Below the pieces are notes generated by a model. It was not told the DNA's origin. It ran no database searches and saw only the letters and a list, made by a program, of their open reading frames with translations. DNA of 64,000 bases from Takakia lepidozioides (Eukaryota > Plantae > Bryophyta), in the NCBI GenBank assembly GCA_030704615.1, contig CM060731.1, positions 75,082,001 to 75,146,000 on the forward strand, in the 5' to 3' direction. Positions 59,401 through 64,000 of this stretch are shown here, in pieces (the stretch's first letter is position 1; the number at the start of each line of letters is the position of its first letter). Both the position numbers and the translations under genes were made by a program.

Positions 59401-62400
59401 ATCATCTCCCGCTTCAAAGAGCAGTCAGGTGGTCAGGTCGAGTGGGTCAAGTTTCCGACGAAAGTGGCCATCCAGATGAATGATACGCACCCGACTCTTT
59501 CAGTGCCGGAGCTGCTGCGCATCCTTCTGGATATTGAGGGTCTTCCATGGGAGCAGGCTTGGAAAATTACGCAGTCGTGAGCTCTCTTTCTTTCTTTTCC
59601 ATATCACTGTCTGTTGCCTGTCTACTGAAGTGGTTGTGTTCTGACAATGTCGTTGTTTGTCTCCACCACAGACTGCCACTTACATTTGTAGATTGCTCTT
59701 GATTTACTGTAAGGTCCAATTTCAACCCAGTTGGCAAGTCTTATGACAATGTTAGGATTGGACATCTCTTGAATGGTCCTCTCCATTAGTGAGCACATTG
59801 TGAGTACGCTCTGTGACTACACTTGAGCCTACTATTTATGCGGTAATATATTCAGAACTTGGTCAATGCACTCAAACAATTGGTTGCTAGAGTACCCTGT
59901 GATGGGCTTCAATCTACATAGCGGGGTTGGGTGTTGGCAGGACGGTGGCGTACACAAACCACACAGTTCTTCCAGAAGCATTGGAGAAGTGGCCATTGGA
60001 ACTTTTTCAAAAGCTGCTGCCACGTCACATTGAGATCATCGAGAAGATAGATGAGCAGGTACTCAATGCCATGACATCTGCAATGTGCCTCCTGGCCACA
60101 TGGGCTTTCTCTTTCCCAGCTGGACTGTCCTTTTGAATAAATTGGTTCTGGGCTGATTTGCTCCAGAAAGCTCTTAACTCTAGCATCCAATTGAGGCCCC
60201 AAAAGTCAATTCCCGAGGAGGGCCACATCTTCTGCCTTGGCCTTGTGCTTCTTTCTTGAACTGAGCAAATAGAGGGCAGTGATTGTCTGTTTTGCTGTCA
60301 AAGGCCTCTCATTGAGCAAAGTACCCGCGACGATAAAGGGTTCCAATCTGATCCTCATAGATCTGACATTGGACAGTTAACTCCACTACTTGACAGGCTT
60401 TCCCATGAAATGGCCCCCTTGCTATCCCCGCTCTCCCTTTTCTGCAATGGGAAACTGGGTTCAAATTGGGAACAGGTCTCTGTGTTTATTTCTATCTGTC
60501 TGACTTTCTTACTGTTGATAGTTTGCAACTAGAAATGCGTGGGGAACTGAACCTGAGCTTTTTGTTAGGCCCTCCTAAATTAACATTTAATTCCATACTA
60601 GGCATTGCAACACAATTTCTGCAGTTCTCCGGTAACAATTTTCACATGGACCTCCTACACTAACTTGCCCTAGCACCTAGATTGCTACAAAGAAATAGCT
60701 GATATGCACTTGGGAGATCCATTGGCTATATCTCTGGATTGCTGGTTGGACTTCCAATTGTGAGGAAACATGGGTGTTGCTAAGTCGTGAGGCAACTTGG
60801 TAATCAATGACACGTGCCCTGAAGTGAGGTCGCACTGTCTGTGCCAACCACGATTGATGTTCCCATGAAAACACAGATTGCAGTAGCATTTGGCCAGATT
60901 TGGCCAGTAGGTGAGAGAAAGAGTGTGTGGAACTCTCTGTAGAATCGAATTGTTGCCCTATTATTCATAAATGCGTTGAGTTCTTTGACAGTAACTAATA
61001 CCTCAACAAATTTCTTGCTACAGTGAAGGCTTGTACCAAATGGATCCAAGTGTCCCACCCCGTATCTCCATTAAAGCTCCTGATGTGGCATGTAACTTTG
61101 GTGTACAATGGCATCTTTAGTCGGTTCCACCAAATGTATGTGATACACAAAAACTGGCATATGTTTCAGTTGTCTTTAGGGTCCACAGGTTACATGTTTG
61201 TGTGGAGGCTCGGTATGTGGCGGGTTTTGCATACATATTCAGCTTTGGGACATTTGTGAGGTTGATGCACATCTCTGAACTGATAGTGTTTGCTTGTGTG
61301 CTGTCACAGTTTATCAATCTACTTGCTAGCAAGATCGATGACAACAAGTTGGAGGAGAAGATAGAAAGTATGAGAATACTAGAGAATGTTGAGCTTCCTG
61401 CTTCATTACAATCGCTACTCCCGGAGAAGGCCGACGATGAAAACCAGTCGACCAAAGCCAATGATGCAGAGGGCAACGAGGAGGAAGGTAAAGACGAGGA
61501 GGTGGAGGAGGCCAAGGAAGTCATCGTCCCTCAGAAGCCACCAGCAATGGTTCGAATGGCCAACTTGTGTGTGATTGCTGGCCATAAAGTTAATGGAGTG
61601 GCGGCCATTCACAGTGAGATAGTAAAAGATGAAGTCTTTAACGATTTCTACAAGGTGTGCTAATCCTGCCTAGTTCACTATTAGCAGTTCTTAAGAATTG
61701 CCTGTCCCCCTTTTCCTCCCTCAACTTGCCCTTCTCACATTATAATGACTGATAGTTCAATCACAGTACATGTGTTGAGTCTATGGATGGATGGTAAGTA
61801 GCAGTACAGCATCCCCTAGTATGATGTCAATACCAGTCATTAAATAAACACTCAACTCTCTGTTACTGGATTGTGGTGGGCTCTGTATGAGCGCATGAGG
61901 CACTTGGTCTTCAGTCGTCCTTTTGTGTTTTTCATCTTGTTTGTCCCATGGGCTCTTCTCATCTCTCTCCTCTCTCTCGAAAAGGGAAAGATACCTGAGC
62001 AGAATTTATGTTACTTCAATAGCTCATGATTCTCTCCGCAAAGCCTAGAAAAGCCACAGAAGGGCGAAGTCACAGATTGGCCTGGCATGGACGATTAATG
62101 TTTTTTCTCGTCTGTTTTCTCTTTTCCTTTGTATTGGAAGCCCTCTGAGCTGCCTATAAACATAACAATTCTCTTTTCTTTCTCTTTTGTTTGTTTTGAA
62201 AATGGAGAACCAAAGTTTATGAACTAGCTAGCCCTCATAGCACGACACTACCACCAAGGCAGACTATTGAGTCTGGGAAGCCTTAATTGACCTAGCTCAC
62301 TCAACCCACCAGTGACTCTTTTTCTCTCTCTGCCATGGCCTGTTGGAGAACAACACTTCTCTTGTATCTCTCATCCATCTATTATAATCTGAAAAACTTT

Positions 62401-62941
62401 TTCTCTGTGCTACTGTCTGAAAGTTGGAATTGCGTGTAGTTATGGCCAGAGAAATTTCAGAACAAAACAAATGGGGTGACACCCAGACGCTGGCTTTCTT
62501 TCTGCAATCCTGAACTGAGCCGGGTCATCACCAAGTGGCTAGGTTCTGAAGATTGGGTACTCCATACAGAGCAACTAGCTGGGCTTCGCAAGGTATCCTT
62601 CTCTCCATACCCTTCAGTGTGTCAACATTGTTTCTTGGAGGAACATTTCATTAGACCTCAGATTCAAAATACAGGCTTGCTGTCACAACATGCTCTTAGA
62701 AATTTTGATACGGGATAGTACTTATATCCATGAAATTTCAGGATTAGACATTTGAGGGAAAAATCGAATGCTGTATTTTCCTGATCTCATTCATTTGGCT
62801 CAAGCGGTGCAGTTTGCAGACAATAGCGAATTGCATAAGGATTGGGTGGAAGCCAAGAAAGCAAGGAAAGAGAGACTGGCAGCATACATTGAGGACAAAA
62901 CTGGTTATGTTATCAGCCCCAATGCTTTGTTTGACATTCAG
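56474..62941 (+). CDS. PHS1: Plastidial alpha-1,4-glucan (starch) phosphorylase, 3'-partial. Exons 56474-56699, 57170-57414, 58027-58128, 58458-58634, 58780-59055, 59305-59576, 59941-60058, 61310-61654, 62440-62592, 62813-62941; continues beyond the window
   Basis: [88 protein letters not shown]. It has an N-terminal transit peptide and an acidic insertion before VRMANL, typical of the plastid (Pho1/L-type) isoform. All introns are GT-AG. Confidence 0.93.
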
Positions 62942-64000
62942 GTCTGTCCTATCTGTGTTCTCTCCTCTGACTGGACTGTGTACCTAAATGTATGATGGTT
63001 GACCTGTCTTTGTTGGGGATTTCATGATCTTCCATGGTTGTGATTCAGGGTTCTTTGGGAAAGTTTGTTGTGGATTGTTTTTTCCTTCTCTCACACAAGA
63101 AGTGTGAACCATCATTTGCTGCTGCATTTCTTCCGTCTCTTTCCTTATGTCTTTTCCAATCTGGCAGCCAGTGACCTGGTGATATGTAACCCTTTTCGAT
63201 TGGGTAACAATCTTATTATGGAACATCTTCAGCCCTCACAGCCAGTATCAACTTCAGTTGAGTTCCAAATCACGATGTGGGCAACACAACTTCTAGTTGA
63301 GTTGCACTATGCGGTGGTAAAGCATGCTAACGAGAAATTAGCAGCTTTGTTTCAATAGAAGATAGTATCCAGGGCTCTCTTCTGAAGCTTGTGTAGGACC
63401 TAAGACCCCACATCACTAGAAGTCCACAGGCATTTAGAAAGCCTGTTCAACTAGAGTTGGGCCGGATATAATGGATGAGGCATATGGTAATTGAATCTTG
63501 TATCCAGTTCCTCAGATGAGAATCCTAGATTTGTTAGAATTCTGGTTATGGGCTACAACGCCCACTTTTGAGACATCTGACATGTAATTAAACATAGTAA
63601 TTAACGTTAGTTGTTAATTAGCATAATTTTGATACCTACTTGAATAGATCTAATTCTTGGTTCATTACTGTTTACAGTGAAACGTTCTATTGGACCTTTA
63701 ACACGATGTACAACACCACTTAGTGAATCTCCAACTGAATTATGTTAGTCTTTTGAGTTGTTTATGAAGAAATTAAGAACTATTCTATGTTCTCGAATGT
63801 TTCCGTGTTTCAAGCCTTTGGTCAAAGCAGATTGTTGAAGTTTGTGAGTGTGACGCTTGTAGAGCTTTTTCAGCCCCTCTGGTGAGTTAGGTCCTGCACA
63901 AACATGAATATGCATCTCTACATTGGGATATCTTTGAAGTTTGACGATCTCAAACATCAGGTCTTGTAAGCTACACCCATAGCTGGTCAATCACTTTATA

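Noticed and set aside
63672-63700. Possible next phosphorylase exon (acag tgaaacgt)
   Set aside because: It does not continue into the expected VKRIHEYKRQ; the next exon must lie beyond 64000.

Overview
Eukaryotic nuclear DNA with spliceosomal introns, from a land plant (a non-seed plant is my guess). It has three parts. (1) 1-34.2 kb: a tandem cluster of PLS-class PPR-E-DYW RNA-editing-factor genes. Four have intact PPR-DYW exons, two are pseudogenes, and several fragments lie between them. Each intact gene is preceded by small exons that splice into OSB-type 'PDF' single-stranded-DNA-binding motifs and, where visible, a plastid-type transit peptide. The copy at 22155-26159 has a fully open spliced frame. 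(2) 34.5-52.6 kb: a decayed Ty3/Gypsy-type retrotransposon whose polyprotein carries a DNMT3-like C5-cytosine methyltransferase between protease and RT and a PHD finger after the DDE integrase. Its ends are split direct repeats (A-internal-B-A-B) instead of two ordinary LTRs. It sits in one arm of a foldback element and is itself interrupted by a young chromovirus. (3) 56.5 kb onward: the first ten exons of a plastidial alpha-glucan (starch) phosphorylase gene that runs off the window. A pogo-like transposase relic, a MITE and a SINE candidate are also present. All calls come from reading the sequence by eye; no database searches were run.
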